A DNA stretch of 64,000 nucleotides from an uncultured Clostridium sp. (GTDB lineage: Bacteria > Bacillota > Clostridia > TANB77 > CAG-465), in NCBI GenBank assembly GCA_948470565.1, contig CAOKPF010000001.1, forward strand, positions 5,866 through 69,865, read 5' to 3'. The translations under genes were made by a program, and so were the position numbers. The notes beneath the pieces are model-generated. The model ran no database searches and was not told the origin of the DNA. It worked only from the letters and a program-made list of their open reading frames with translations. Within the stretch, counting starts at the first letter, position 1. Each line of letters starts with the position of its first letter. Shown piece by piece: positions 41,424-51,849 of this stretch.

Positions 41424-41452
41424 AATGTAGTGCAATAAATGGGAGTGAGTTT

Positions 41453-43171
41453 ATGTTACAATCAAAATTAATAGCAAATACAAAAAAAGAATGGCCAAAT
41501 GAGGCTTCTACAAAAAGTCATGGCATATTACTAAAAGGTGGATATGTAAAACAGATGGCTTCTGGAATTTATACTCTTTTGCCACTTGGAAAAAGGGTTA
41601 TATCAAAAATAGAAAATATAATAAGGGAAGAAATGAATGAGATTGGTTCTCAAGAAGTGTTTATGCCTGTTGTAGCTACTAGAAAACTATGGGATATGTG
41701 TGGTAGATATGATACAGTTGGCTCAGAGTTATTAAGATTTAAGGATAGAAATGATACTGATATGGTACTTTCTATGACACATGAAGAGGCTGTTGTGTTT
41801 AGTATGATGAATGAAATTACATCATATCAAAAATATCCATTTTCTGTGTATCAAATACAAACAAAATTTAGAGATGAAGCAAGACCTCGTGCAGGACTTA
41901 TACGTGTAAGAGAATTTACCATGAAAGATGCTTATTCATTTCATACTTCTAAGGAGAGTTTAGATGAAGAATACGACAAATTTTATAAAGCATATGAGAG
42001 AATTTATGAAAGAGTTGGTATTCCTGAAACAATAGCCGTTGCTGCTGATACTGGAATGATGGGTGGAAGTGGTGCTCATGAATTTATGCTTCTTTGTGAG
42101 GCTGGTGAAGATAAAATAGTAATTTGTAATGAATGCGGATATAGTGCTAATATGGAAGTTGCATATACTAATAACATAGAAGTTGAAACTAAAACTGAAG
42201 AAAAATTAGAAAAGATATATACACCAAATATAAAGACAATTGAGGCGTTGCATGAATTTACTAATGAGAGTATAACTCATATGGGAAAAGCAGTAATATA
42301 TGAAAGGCTAGATAATAAACAAACAATTATAGTATTTATAAGGGCTGATAGGGAGGTAAATGAAACTAAACTTAGACATTTATTAAACATAGATGATGAG
42401 GACTTAATACCTAAAAAGGCAGATGATACAGATGGTATAACATATGGTTTTGTTGGACCAGTAAATTTGAATGTAGATAATTGTATCGTTGTGTATGATA
42501 AATCTTTAGAAAATGAAAAGTCTTTAATATTTGGAGCAAATGAAAAAGATTATCATATAAAGGGTATATGTGTATCAAGAGATGTACCAAATGTAGAATT
42601 TGTGGATATTTCAAAAGTAGTTGAACATGATTTTTGCCCAATTTGTAATAAAAGAGCACTTAGTATTGCTAATGGAATTGAAGTTGGTAATATATTTAAA
42701 CTTGGTAAAAAATATACAGAGTTAATGAAAATGACATATTTAGATGAAAATGGTAAAGCTAATGTACCATTAATGGGCTGCTATGGTATAGGAGTTGGGC
42801 GTCTAATGGCATCTGTTCTAGAAGCAAAAGCCACTGAGAATGCGACTAATTGGCCTGTAGAAATAGCACCGTTTGATGTACATATATGTCCAATAGATTA
42901 TACTAAAAAGAAGGAAATAACTGAATTTTCTGATAAATTATACAATGACTTAAAAAAAGATGGATTAGATGTATTATTAGATGATAGAAATAAAAATGCA
43001 GGTGTAAAGTTTGCAGATGCAGACCTTATTGGTGCACCTATAAGAATAGTAGTTAGTCCAAGAAATTTAGTAAATAATCTAGTTGAAATAAAAGTTATTG
43101 GTAATGAGGCAAAATTAGTTAATATAAATGAAATTTATGAATATATAAAAATTGCTAGAAAAAAAATTTAA
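41453..43171 (+). CDS. proS: prolyl-tRNA synthetase (bacterial type with editing domain)
   Basis: Class II motifs FRDEARPRAGLIRVREFTMKDAYSF, ...GGYVKQMASGIYTLLPLG. 572 aa. Confidence 0.85.
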   Translation: MLQSKLIANTKKEWPNEASTKSHGILLKGGYVKQMASGIYTLLPLGKRVISKIENIIREEMNEIGSQEVFMPVVATRKLWDMCGRYDTVGSELLRFKDRNDTDMVLSMTHEEAVVFSMMNEITSYQKYPFSVYQIQTKFRDEARPRAGLIRVREFTMKDAYSFHTSKESLDEEYDKFYKAYERIYERVGIPETIAVAADTGMMGGSGAHEFMLLCEAGEDKIVICNECGYSANMEVAYTNNIEVETKTEEKLEKIYTPNIKTIEALHEFTNESITHMGKAVIYERLDNKQTIIVFIRADREVNETKLRHLLNIDDEDLIPKKADDTDGITYGFVGPVNLNVDNCIVVYDKSLENEKSLIFGANEKDYHIKGICVSRDVPNVEFVDISKVVEHDFCPICNKRALSIANGIEVGNIFKLGKKYTELMKMTYLDENGKANVPLMGCYGIGVGRLMASVLEAKATENATNWPVEIAPFDVHICPIDYTKKKEITEFSDKLYNDLKKDGLDVLLDDRNKNAGVKFADADLIGAPIRIVVSPRNLVNNLVEIKVIGNEAKLVNINEIYEYIKIARKKI

Positions 43172-43187
43172 AATGGGAGGAAAAATA

Positions 43188-44621
43188 ATGAAAGATTATG
43201 AAGTAATAATCGGTTTGGAAGTACACGCAGAATTGTCTACTAATACTAAAATATATTGTGGGTGTTCGACAGAGTTTGGAGCTGATCCCAATACTCATTG
43301 CTGTCCAATATGTACAGGAATGCCTGGTACACTTCCAGTATTAAATGAGAAAGTAGTAGAATATGCAGTAAAAGCAGGACTTGCTACAAATTGTGAAATT
43401 GCAAGATTTTCAAAGCAAGATAGAAAAAACTATTTTTATCCTGATTTGCCAAAGGCATATCAAACTTCACAATATGATTTACCACTATGTGAACATGGTT
43501 ATTTAGATATAAATGTAGAGGGAAATGTAAAAAGAATAGGTATAACAAGAATTCATATAGAAGAAGATGCAGGAAAACTAATACATGATGCGTATACAGG
43601 AGCTACACTTGTTGATATGAATAGATGTGCAGTACCACTTATAGAGATTGTATCAGAGCCTGATATAAGAAGTGCAAAAGAAGCTGTTGAATATATGCAA
43701 ACATTAAAAGGAATATTAGAATACTTAGAAGTATGTGATTGTAAAATGCAAGAGGGCTCACTTAGATGTGATGTAAATTTATCAGTAAGACCAGTGGGGC
43801 AAAAGGAATTTGGTACAAGAACAGAAACTAAAAATCTAAATTCATTTAGAGCAATTGAAAATTCCATAGAATTTGAGATAAAAAGACAAATTGAAGAGTT
43901 GGAAAATGGCGGAGTTATATATCAAGAAACAAGAAGATTTGATGATACAAAAGGTATAGGGTACGCTATGCGTTCAAAAGAAGATGCACATGATTATAGG
44001 TATTTTCCTGAACCTGATTTAGCACCTATTGTTTTAAGTGATGAATATATAAATAATGTAAAGGATAATTTGCCCGAAATGCCTCATGTAAAAAAGTCAA
44101 GATATATAGATGAATTTAATTTATCAGATTATGATGCAACTCAACTTACTAGTTCTAAATATACAGCAAGTTTCTTTGAAGAAGCGACTTGTGCTTGCAA
44201 CAATGCAAAAGCAGTTGCAAATTGGATAATGGGTGATTTATTTAGAATGCTTAATGAAAGTGAAATTACAATTACTGAATGTAAAATTACACCTAAGAAT
44301 TTGGCTGAATTGATAATGTTAATAGATAATGGTACTATAAGTTCAAAAATCGCAAAAGATGTATTTATTGATATGTTTGAGAGTGGAGAGAGTGCAAAGG
44401 CGATAGTAGACAAAAAAGGATTAGTACAGATGTCTGATGAAGGTGCAATAAAAGCTTTAGTTGAAAGTGTTGTAGAAAAAAATCCAAAATCAGTTGAGGA
44501 TTATAGGGCAGGAAAGGATAAAGCGTTAGGCTTTTTGGTTGGACAAATTATGAAAGAAACAAAAGGAAAAGCAAATCCTGCAATAGTAAATAAACTTTTA
44601 TTGGAAGTACTTAATAAGTAA
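43188..44621 (+). CDS. gatB: Asp/Glu-tRNA amidotransferase subunit B
   Basis: MKDYEVIIGLEVHAEL N-terminus; GatB/YqeY C-terminal domain. Confidence 0.9.
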   Translation: MKDYEVIIGLEVHAELSTNTKIYCGCSTEFGADPNTHCCPICTGMPGTLPVLNEKVVEYAVKAGLATNCEIARFSKQDRKNYFYPDLPKAYQTSQYDLPLCEHGYLDINVEGNVKRIGITRIHIEEDAGKLIHDAYTGATLVDMNRCAVPLIEIVSEPDIRSAKEAVEYMQTLKGILEYLEVCDCKMQEGSLRCDVNLSVRPVGQKEFGTRTETKNLNSFRAIENSIEFEIKRQIEELENGGVIYQETRRFDDTKGIGYAMRSKEDAHDYRYFPEPDLAPIVLSDEYINNVKDNLPEMPHVKKSRYIDEFNLSDYDATQLTSSKYTASFFEEATCACNNAKAVANWIMGDLFRMLNESEITITECKITPKNLAELIMLIDNGTISSKIAKDVFIDMFESGESAKAIVDKKGLVQMSDEGAIKALVESVVEKNPKSVEDYRAGKDKALGFLVGQIMKETKGKANPAIVNKLLLEVLNK

Positions 44622-44637
44622 TATGAAAAATAATACA

Positions 44638-44680
44638 AATAAACTGTATGATATTAATTGTTATGCAGTTTATTTTTGTA
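44638..44680 (+). terminator. rho-independent terminator after gatB
   Basis: aaataaactg..cagtttattt hairpin followed by TTG/T-rich sequence. Confidence 0.6.
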
Positions 44681-44750
44681 ATAATTTGAAAAACTATTGA
44701 AAAATTTCAGAGGAATATAGTATAATATGATTAAAAATTAGGAGGAATGT

Positions 44751-45812
44751 ATGGAAAATAAAAGAAGGAGTGTGACAATTTTATTAATTGTTATTGGGAT
44801 TGTTATAATAGGAGCAATATCAGTAATAGCATTTACTAAGGGAAAAGAAAAAAATATTATAAGCGAAGGAAATATATCAGATAATGATATGAATGTTTCA
44901 GACAAAAATGATCAAACAATTAATGAAAATAGTGTTCAAAATAAGAAAACAAATAAAAAATCAGAATTTGTAAAAAGGATATCAGGAAATGAGAAAGAAT
45001 ATTATGGGAAAGTAGTAAGTAATTATGTTACGGGTAATAGCGAAGTGGATAAAGAATTACAAAAGTATGGGATAGAGTGGATGATATTATATGCTGGTGA
45101 AAATCCAGGAACAGGTGATGAAAATATATATTTAATAGCTAGTGATTATGTACCAATTAGTACTTTGCCAAAAAATGATAAATTAAAGAAAAAAGAAGAT
45201 AGTTATGATATAGCCGCTTTTTCTGCTGATTTAGTTTCAGATTACGAAGGTTCATCAGACATACAAGATGAAAGAATTAAAGGACTTAATAATGATTATT
45301 TTAATATAAAGAAATATAAAAGTAGTAAATATAATATGAAAGTATTGGCGTATATGTTGGATATAAATGAATGGAATAGATATTATACGAATGTAGAGTA
45401 TGCAGAGTATGCAATAGGAGGACCAACTATTGAAATGTTAATTTCATCAAATAACCAATTATATGGTACAGAGTATGAATGTAAAGCAGAGAATGAAGAT
45501 GGATATATTAGTAGAAAATCAGGTTCAACAGCATGGAGTAAATATACTTTTATTCATTTAGAAAAAACAGACAAACTATATGTAAGTAATAGAACAGAAC
45601 CACTAAAACGTGCTGCTTGGATGGCCTCTACTCCATCAATATCATCAGCAATGGTTAATGGATTAGACGGGAATGGAGTTATTTCATCAAGCTTATGGGA
45701 TTCGGTAGCTATGAGCACTTTTGATGATATATGGAATGCATTTAGACCTGTTATATGCTTAAATTCAGATGTTGAATTAATTGCATCTGGTGGTGAATAT
45801 ATAATAAAATAA
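44751..45812 (+). CDS. hypothetical membrane-anchored protein
   Basis: Single N-terminal TM. No recognised motif. Terminator at 45830-45866. Confidence 0.45.
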   Translation: MENKRRSVTILLIVIGIVIIGAISVIAFTKGKEKNIISEGNISDNDMNVSDKNDQTINENSVQNKKTNKKSEFVKRISGNEKEYYGKVVSNYVTGNSEVDKELQKYGIEWMILYAGENPGTGDENIYLIASDYVPISTLPKNDKLKKKEDSYDIAAFSADLVSDYEGSSDIQDERIKGLNNDYFNIKKYKSSKYNMKVLAYMLDINEWNRYYTNVEYAEYAIGGPTIEMLISSNNQLYGTEYECKAENEDGYISRKSGSTAWSKYTFIHLEKTDKLYVSNRTEPLKRAAWMASTPSISSAMVNGLDGNGVISSSLWDSVAMSTFDDIWNAFRPVICLNSDVELIASGGEYIIK

Positions 45813-45974
45813 TAAATAGAGAATGTGGACTGGTAAAAAGAAAAATAAATTTTTACCAGTTATTTTGTGTGTAGAAACATTTTTCTTTAAGAGGATTTTA
45901 TATTAAAAGTTCTACAAAATATAGACAAATATAAGAAAAAATGATATAATCTTTTTCAAATAGGAGGCAATAAA

Positions 45975-46556
45975 TTGAGAATAATATCAGGAAGATTTAA
46001 GGCTAAAAAACTACAAAGTCCTAAGACAATTAAGACAAGACCAACACTAGATAGAGTAAAAGAAGCTTTGTTTTCAATATTAGGTTCAATGGAAGATAAA
46101 AAAGTACTTGATTTGTTTTCAGGAACAGGAAATCTTGCCTTGGAAAGTATAAGTAGAGGTGCAAATTTTGCTTGGATAAATGATATGGAAAATATTGCTA
46201 TTTCAACTATAATAGCTAATGTTAAGTTGACTAATGTTGCAGAATGTGTTAAAATAACAAAGAAAGATTATATCAAGTGTTTAAATCAAATATTAAATGA
46301 TGATATATTTTTTGATATTATATATTTAGATCCTCCATATGATAGTATGTATGGAATAAAATCACTTGAGTATATATCTAAATTGAATAATAAGATATTA
46401 TCTAAAAATGGTATAATAGTTTATGAAACTGATAAGGCATTTTTAGAAAAGGTTAATAAGAAGCAAAATGATGTTTTTAATAGTTTTTCTAACTTAGAAT
46501 GTTTTGATACAAGAAATTATGGAAATGTGATTTTGAAATTTTATAAATGGAGGTAG
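45975..46556 (+). CDS. rsmD: 16S rRNA (guanine966-N2)-methyltransferase RsmD
   Basis: RPTLDRVKEALF, VLDLFSGTGNLALE and YLDPPY motifs. TTG start after GGAGG. Confidence 0.8.
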   Translation: MRIISGRFKAKKLQSPKTIKTRPTLDRVKEALFSILGSMEDKKVLDLFSGTGNLALESISRGANFAWINDMENIAISTIIANVKLTNVAECVKITKKDYIKCLNQILNDDIFFDIIYLDPPYDSMYGIKSLEYISKLNNKILSKNGIIVYETDKAFLEKVNKKQNDVFNSFSNLECFDTRNYGNVILKFYKWR

Positions 46557-46560
46557 TAAG

Positions 46561-47001
46561 ATGGAGATTTTTTCACTTTTAGAGAATGTAGAAGAATTGC
46601 TTGAAAACGGAGCTAAGGTACCTTTTTCCAATAAAGTAATGATTGATGTAGATGAATTAAGAGATATATTAGAAGATATACGTTTAAAACTTCCAGATGA
46701 AATAAAGCAAGCAAAATGGGTAAAAGAGGAAAGACAAAGGATAATTGCAGATGCAGAACAAGAGGCTCAAAGCATATTAAAGCAGGCAGAAGGGCAAATT
46801 GTTACAATGCTAGATGAACATGTTATAACTCAACAAGCATTAGAACAAAAGGAAGAAATAATACAAAATGCTAATAAAGTGTCAAAGGAAATTAGTGTAG
46901 GAACTCGTGACTATGCTGATGCAGTTTTAGGAAAAGTTGAAGAAATATTAAATGAGTCAATAGATGTTATAAGGAAAAATAGGCAAGAATTAAATAGTTA
47001 A
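46561..47001 (+). CDS. hypothetical coiled-coil protein
   Basis: 146-aa acidic, helical ORF tightly following rsmD. Confidence 0.4.
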   Translation: MEIFSLLENVEELLENGAKVPFSNKVMIDVDELRDILEDIRLKLPDEIKQAKWVKEERQRIIADAEQEAQSILKQAEGQIVTMLDEHVITQQALEQKEEIIQNANKVSKEISVGTRDYADAVLGKVEEILNESIDVIRKNRQELNS

Positions 47002-47021
47002 ACACTAGAGGTTGGTGTGGA

Positions 47022-49574
47022 ATGGGAAAGAAAAAAAATAGTGTAAGAAGAAAAGGTGGAGTAAAAACAAAAAATAAAAAAGATCAAAAAAAATTAAGTT
47101 CTGATATGATTGGTGGTTTTTTAATTGCACTAGGACTTATTGTTATTGTATTTTTAACATTTAGTAATATTGGAATAGTCGCTGAAGTTTCAAAGAGTGT
47201 ATTAAAGGGAATTTTTGGTAACGTTGCTTTTGTATTTGCATTAGTTCTTATGTGGACAGGTGGTAGTATGATTGTATCTGAGAAGAAAGTAAATGCAATT
47301 GCTAAAATAGAGAGTGGAGTATTGCTTATGGTATTGTTATCAGTATTTTTAGCTTCATTTTTTAACACAAATTTTGAAATTAAGTATAATATTATAAAAT
47401 ATTTAGTAAATTCGTACAATAATGGTGTTAGCGGTGTTAATCCATACGGATTAGTAGGTATTGGTATTTCTTCGGTATTAGTAAAATTTGCAGGAGTAAT
47501 AGCTACTAGAATAATTACTTCGTTTGTGCTAATTATAACTTTGTTGGTTACATTTGATATTTCATTTAAACAATTATTTAGTGCACTTGCAGATGTTATA
47601 AAATTTATTGTAGAAAAAATAGGCAATATTTTTTCAGTGTTATTTAGAGAAGAAGAAAATGATATCACTAATATTAGACCACCTAGAAAAAGAGTTAATA
47701 AAGAATTGATTACTGAACCTATTGTTGAAGAAAAGAAATTATCTAAAAGACAACAAAAATTATTAGATAAGCAAAAGTTAAAAAGTTTAGAAATTGATGT
47801 TGATATGGCAGAAGAAAATAATGTATATACAGATGAAATTTTAAACGATGAAAATGATCAATTAGAATTTGATTTTTCTAAGTTAGATGCTCCAAAAAGC
47901 AAACTAGAAAATAAGCAAGAAGTAGAAAGTAAACAGAAACGAGATGAATATTTTAAACTGCAAAAAGAAAAGAAGGAAGATAAATCAGTAAAAGAAGTAA
48001 TGATGGTTGAACATACAGAGCATATAGAAGAAGACAATTATGAATTTCCTCCGCTTAGTATGTTAAATGAGCCAGTAAAAGGTAAAAACTTAGATAAAAG
48101 GGAAGTAAATTCAACAGCAATGAAACTTCAAAAAACATTACTAAGCTTTGGAGTAGATGCTAAAGTTGTAAATGTTACAAGAGGTCCTACAGTAACAAGA
48201 TATGAACTTAGTCCAAGCACTGGTGTAAAGGTAAGTAAAATAGTAAATTTAGCTGATGATATAGCATTAAATTTAGCTGCTAAGAGTATAAGAATTGAAG
48301 CTCCAATTCCTGGTAGGGCAGCTGTTGGTATAGAAGTACCAAATTTAACTCCTGAATCTGTTGCAATAAGGGAAGTTATTGAATCCGATAATTTCCAAAA
48401 TCATAAATCAAAGCTTGCATTTGCACTGGGAAAAGACGCAGCAGGAGAAATGATTGTTGCAGATATTGCAAAAATGCCTCATGTACTTATAGCTGGTGCA
48501 ACAGGTGCTGGAAAGAGTGTATGTATTAATTCATTAATAGTATCGCTTTTGTATCATTCAAAGCCTAGTGAAGTAAAGATGATTTTAATAGATCCCAAAA
48601 TGGTTGAGTTATCAGGATATAATGGTATACCTCACTTGCTTATACCAGTTGTTACAGATCCCAAAAAAGCGGCAGGAGCATTAAACTGGGCTGTACAGGA
48701 AATGGTTAATAGGTATAAATTATTTGCAGAAAAGGGAGTAAAAGACATAAAGAGCTATAATAATGCTATGGATAGAGAAAACGGAGCAAAATTACCTCAG
48801 ATAGTAGTTATAGTAGACGAACTTGCAGATCTTATGATGGTTGCACCAAATGATGTTGAAGATGCAATTTGTAGATTAGCTCAGATGGCAAGGGCTGCTG
48901 GTATGCATTTAGTTATAGCAACTCAAAGACCATCAGTTGATGTTATAACTGGAATAATTAAGGCTAATATTCCATCACGTATAGCTTGTACTGTTTCATC
49001 TCAAGTAGATTCAAGAACAATTTTGGATATGGCAGGAGCTGAAAAATTATTGGGAAAAGGGGATATGTTGTATTATCCAGTTGGAGAAACTAAACCATTA
49101 AGAGTTCAAGGTAATTTTATATCAGAAGAGGAAATTGAAGAAATTGTTGAATATATTAAAAGTAATACTGTTATAAATGAATATAGTGATGAAATAATGG
49201 CTACTATTGAAAATACAAAAGTAAAGATAAAGGGGGAAAAATCTAAACCAGATAATGAACCAGAAGAAACATCTGATGAGGACGAGTTACTAAATAAGGC
49301 AATTGATATAGTAGTAGATCTTGGACAAGCATCTGCTTCAATGCTACAAAGAAAATTAAAGATAGGCTTTTCGAGGGCAGGTAGAATAATAGATCAAATG
49401 GAAGAAAGAGGTATAATATCTGAATCAGAGGGAAGTAAGGCAAGAAAAGTCTTAATATCTAAATCAGAATGGCAGGAAATAAAACTTGGTGGAACATTAG
49501 CAAGTGATGAAAAATCAGATTATGTTAGTGATTTAGAAAACTCAGAAGAAACTAAAAGTAATAATGCAGAATAA
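47022..49574 (+). CDS. ftsK: DNA translocase FtsK/SpoIIIE
   Basis: N-terminal TM domain. Motor domain GATGAGKSVCIN (Walker A). C-terminal gamma winged-helix domain. Confidence 0.9.
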   Translation: MGKKKNSVRRKGGVKTKNKKDQKKLSSDMIGGFLIALGLIVIVFLTFSNIGIVAEVSKSVLKGIFGNVAFVFALVLMWTGGSMIVSEKKVNAIAKIESGVLLMVLLSVFLASFFNTNFEIKYNIIKYLVNSYNNGVSGVNPYGLVGIGISSVLVKFAGVIATRIITSFVLIITLLVTFDISFKQLFSALADVIKFIVEKIGNIFSVLFREEENDITNIRPPRKRVNKELITEPIVEEKKLSKRQQKLLDKQKLKSLEIDVDMAEENNVYTDEILNDENDQLEFDFSKLDAPKSKLENKQEVESKQKRDEYFKLQKEKKEDKSVKEVMMVEHTEHIEEDNYEFPPLSMLNEPVKGKNLDKREVNSTAMKLQKTLLSFGVDAKVVNVTRGPTVTRYELSPSTGVKVSKIVNLADDIALNLAAKSIRIEAPIPGRAAVGIEVPNLTPESVAIREVIESDNFQNHKSKLAFALGKDAAGEMIVADIAKMPHVLIAGATGAGKSVCINSLIVSLLYHSKPSEVKMILIDPKMVELSGYNGIPHLLIPVVTDPKKAAGALNWAVQEMVNRYKLFAEKGVKDIKSYNNAMDRENGAKLPQIVVIVDELADLMMVAPNDVEDAICRLAQMARAAGMHLVIATQRPSVDVITGIIKANIPSRIACTVSSQVDSRTILDMAGAEKLLGKGDMLYYPVGETKPLRVQGNFISEEEIEEIVEYIKSNTVINEYSDEIMATIENTKVKIKGEKSKPDNEPEETSDEDELLNKAIDIVVDLGQASASMLQRKLKIGFSRAGRIIDQMEERGIISESEGSKARKVLISKSEWQEIKLGGTLASDEKSDYVSDLENSEETKSNNAE

Positions 49575-49595
49575 TAGGAAAAAGGAGGATGTAAG

Positions 49596-50066
49596 ATGGC
49601 AATAAGGAAAATAAGGCTAGATGGAGATGAGATATTAAAAAAGAATGCTAGAAATGTAGATGTAATTGATAGTAAGATAAAAGAATTGGCACATGATATG
49701 TTAGATACAATGTATGCAAATGATGGTATTGGACTTGCAGCTTGCCAGGTTGGAATGTTAAAAGCCATGATTGTTTATGATGTACAATATATTGAGGAAG
49801 ATGAAATTAGGAAACCTATGGTATTAATAAATCCTAAAATTATATCTCGTTCTAAATCTATGTTACTTGTAGAAGAGGGGTGTCTTAGTTTTCCTAATAT
49901 ATATAATGATGTGAAAAGACATGAAAAAATAAAAGTAGAATATACGGATTTAAATGGGGAAAGAAAAGTATTATGTGCAAAGGGTATGGAAGCAATAGTT
50001 ATACAACATGAATGTGATCATTTAGAGGGAATTGTATTTTTAGATAGGGTAGAAAGAAAAAAATGA
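49596..50066 (+). CDS. def: peptide deformylase
   Basis: GIGLAA(C)Q, EGCLSFP and HECDHLEG motifs. Confidence 0.9.
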   Translation: MAIRKIRLDGDEILKKNARNVDVIDSKIKELAHDMLDTMYANDGIGLAACQVGMLKAMIVYDVQYIEEDEIRKPMVLINPKIISRSKSMLLVEEGCLSFPNIYNDVKRHEKIKVEYTDLNGERKVLCAKGMEAIVIQHECDHLEGIVFLDRVERKK

Positions 50067-51028
50067 AGCAAAAAGGGAAAAAAAATAAATTAAAAAAGAA
50101 AGTAATGAAAGTAAAAATAGAACAACCAGAAACTAAAATTTCTGATAATAGTAGCAGTAATGATACAGAAGTAATTAAAAAAAGTAATAAATATAAAAGA
50201 AGTATTCCCAAAAAAATATTTTATGCTATATTAATATGTATAATTCTTTCTATAATAGGAGCTGCAACATATTTTATACAGATATATTTAAATACTCCAA
50301 AGCAACTTACAAAAAAATACATTAAAGAATTAGGGGAAGAATTTAGCAGTGATTTAAATATATTTTATATAGAAAAGTATAATGTATATGGAGATGAAAA
50401 AGAAGATTATATATGTTTTATAAATAAAAATTATATATCAGATAAGATGTATGGTGATGTACAAATTCAGATAGTAGATGGAAATACAAGAGAAGTTATA
50501 ACATATGATACTAATAAAAATTTTGCAGAGGATTATCAAATATCTGTTATAAGGAATAATGAGCAAAATTATATATTTTTGCAAAGTGAAGAGGCTACTA
50601 ATGTTTCAATATTAACAATTCAAGATGGTCAGTTACATGACTTAATAAAAGAAAATTTTTCAGATGTTCCTAAAGGATATTATTATAGTTATAGTGTAAA
50701 TAATGAGGAAAATAAAATTGTAGTTACTTTAGATAAAAATGGAGTACCATATTTAGATTTAAATAATAATGTATTTGAATATAATTTGGATAATTTAAAT
50801 GTAGATTTATCACTTTATAGAAAGTCATATTTAAAGGAAAAGTACAATTACTATGAATTTGGTAATATAAATACTGAAAACCAATTGGAATTAGTTGGAA
50901 TTCAAAATATATTATACTTAAATGAGGTAACTACTGAAAATATTCCAAATACAATTGGAAAAATAAGAGTTACATTTGTAGTTAATGGAAATAAAATTAC
51001 ATTTAAAAATGTTGAAATAATTATATAA
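50063..51028 (+). CDS. hypothetical membrane-anchored protein
   Basis: Lys-rich N-terminus, one TM, extracytoplasmic domain. No recognised motif. Confidence 0.45.
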   Translation: MKQKGKKNKLKKKVMKVKIEQPETKISDNSSSNDTEVIKKSNKYKRSIPKKIFYAILICIILSIIGAATYFIQIYLNTPKQLTKKYIKELGEEFSSDLNIFYIEKYNVYGDEKEDYICFINKNYISDKMYGDVQIQIVDGNTREVITYDTNKNFAEDYQISVIRNNEQNYIFLQSEEATNVSILTIQDGQLHDLIKENFSDVPKGYYYSYSVNNEENKIVVTLDKNGVPYLDLNNNVFEYNLDNLNVDLSLYRKSYLKEKYNYYEFGNINTENQLELVGIQNILYLNEVTTENIPNTIGKIRVTFVVNGNKITFKNVEIII

Positions 51029-51062
51029 TAATAAGATAGTAATAAGATTATATTTTATTACT

Positions 51063-51740
51063 ATTTTATATGTATGACGGGCATGTCATAAATCTAGGGT
51101 GAAAGTCCCAAGAGGCGTATTTGTCGCGAACTCGATAGCAACTTGCAAAGCGTAAACCAGTAATGGAGCGTGAAAAGAAGCAATAGCGAAATCGTGGCTC
51201 TATGAATAAGAACTTGATATTAAGGCTTATTAGATGGATAAGTTGCCAAAACACAACAAAGTCCAAAAGACAAACGTAAATCTAATGGGTAAATCAAGAG
51301 AGTAAACGAGGAAAGAGTTATGACTTATCCCGTGAGGTCCTATAAGCGAATAAGTAGTAACAACGAATTATAGGAAGTCAGCAGAAGTCATAGTAGGTAG
51401 GAAACGAGCCAATAAAGGAAAGGAAGTCTCACGAATACTGAAGGACTGAACAATTTATAAGACTATGGAAGTCTTGAAATCTCTTGCAATTATCAGAATA
51501 AATAAAGATGAGAGGTTGAGCGTATCTTAATGGGTAATCCAAGAGATGATGTTGCAAGATAACGAAAAGAAAGGAAATAGACAAGCTATGAAAAAAAAAA
51601 ATAAAAAGCTAGGACGAAGAGGATTAGTTTTTGCCCTAGATTATTATTTAGCTTGAAATCAAACTTATAAATTGAACCGCCCATTGTCGAACAGAACGAT
51701 GCGGTGGTGTGATAGGGGATGAAAATTTTATTTTATAAAA
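51063..51740 (+). ncRNA. candidate large structured noncoding RNA (identity unresolved)
   Basis: About 700 nt with no credible ORF. GC content is markedly above the local background. The + strand is purine-rich. Internal near-repeats (cttaatgggtaa(a)tc(c)aagaga x2) and five RRAAGTCY motifs; several local hairpins. Confidence 0.4.
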
Positions 51741-51849
51741 TTTTCTACTCTACTCGATTAAAAAAAAAATTATAACACGCAGAGACAAGTATAATATAAG
51801 TGTTGATAATATTAACTAATAAAATAATTTTTTTAGGAGGACATAATTT

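Noticed and set aside
51066-51266. 66-aa minus-strand ORF inside the ncRNA candidate region
   Set aside because: No RBS, Arg/Cys-rich composition from GC-rich antisense sequence, and it lies within a probable structured RNA.
51040-51840. RNase P RNA (type B) or tmRNA as the identity of the ORF-free GC-rich region
   Set aside because: GAAAGUCC- and ACAGAAC-like strings exist, but no complementary P4 3' strand (needs ...CUUGGGCU or CCACGUU next to ACARAA) is present. A P1 closing helix between the 5' and 3' ends cannot be formed. No tRNA-like acceptor/T-arm (GGUUCGANUCC...CCA) or tag-reading-frame features are found on either strand, and the length exceeds both RNAs.
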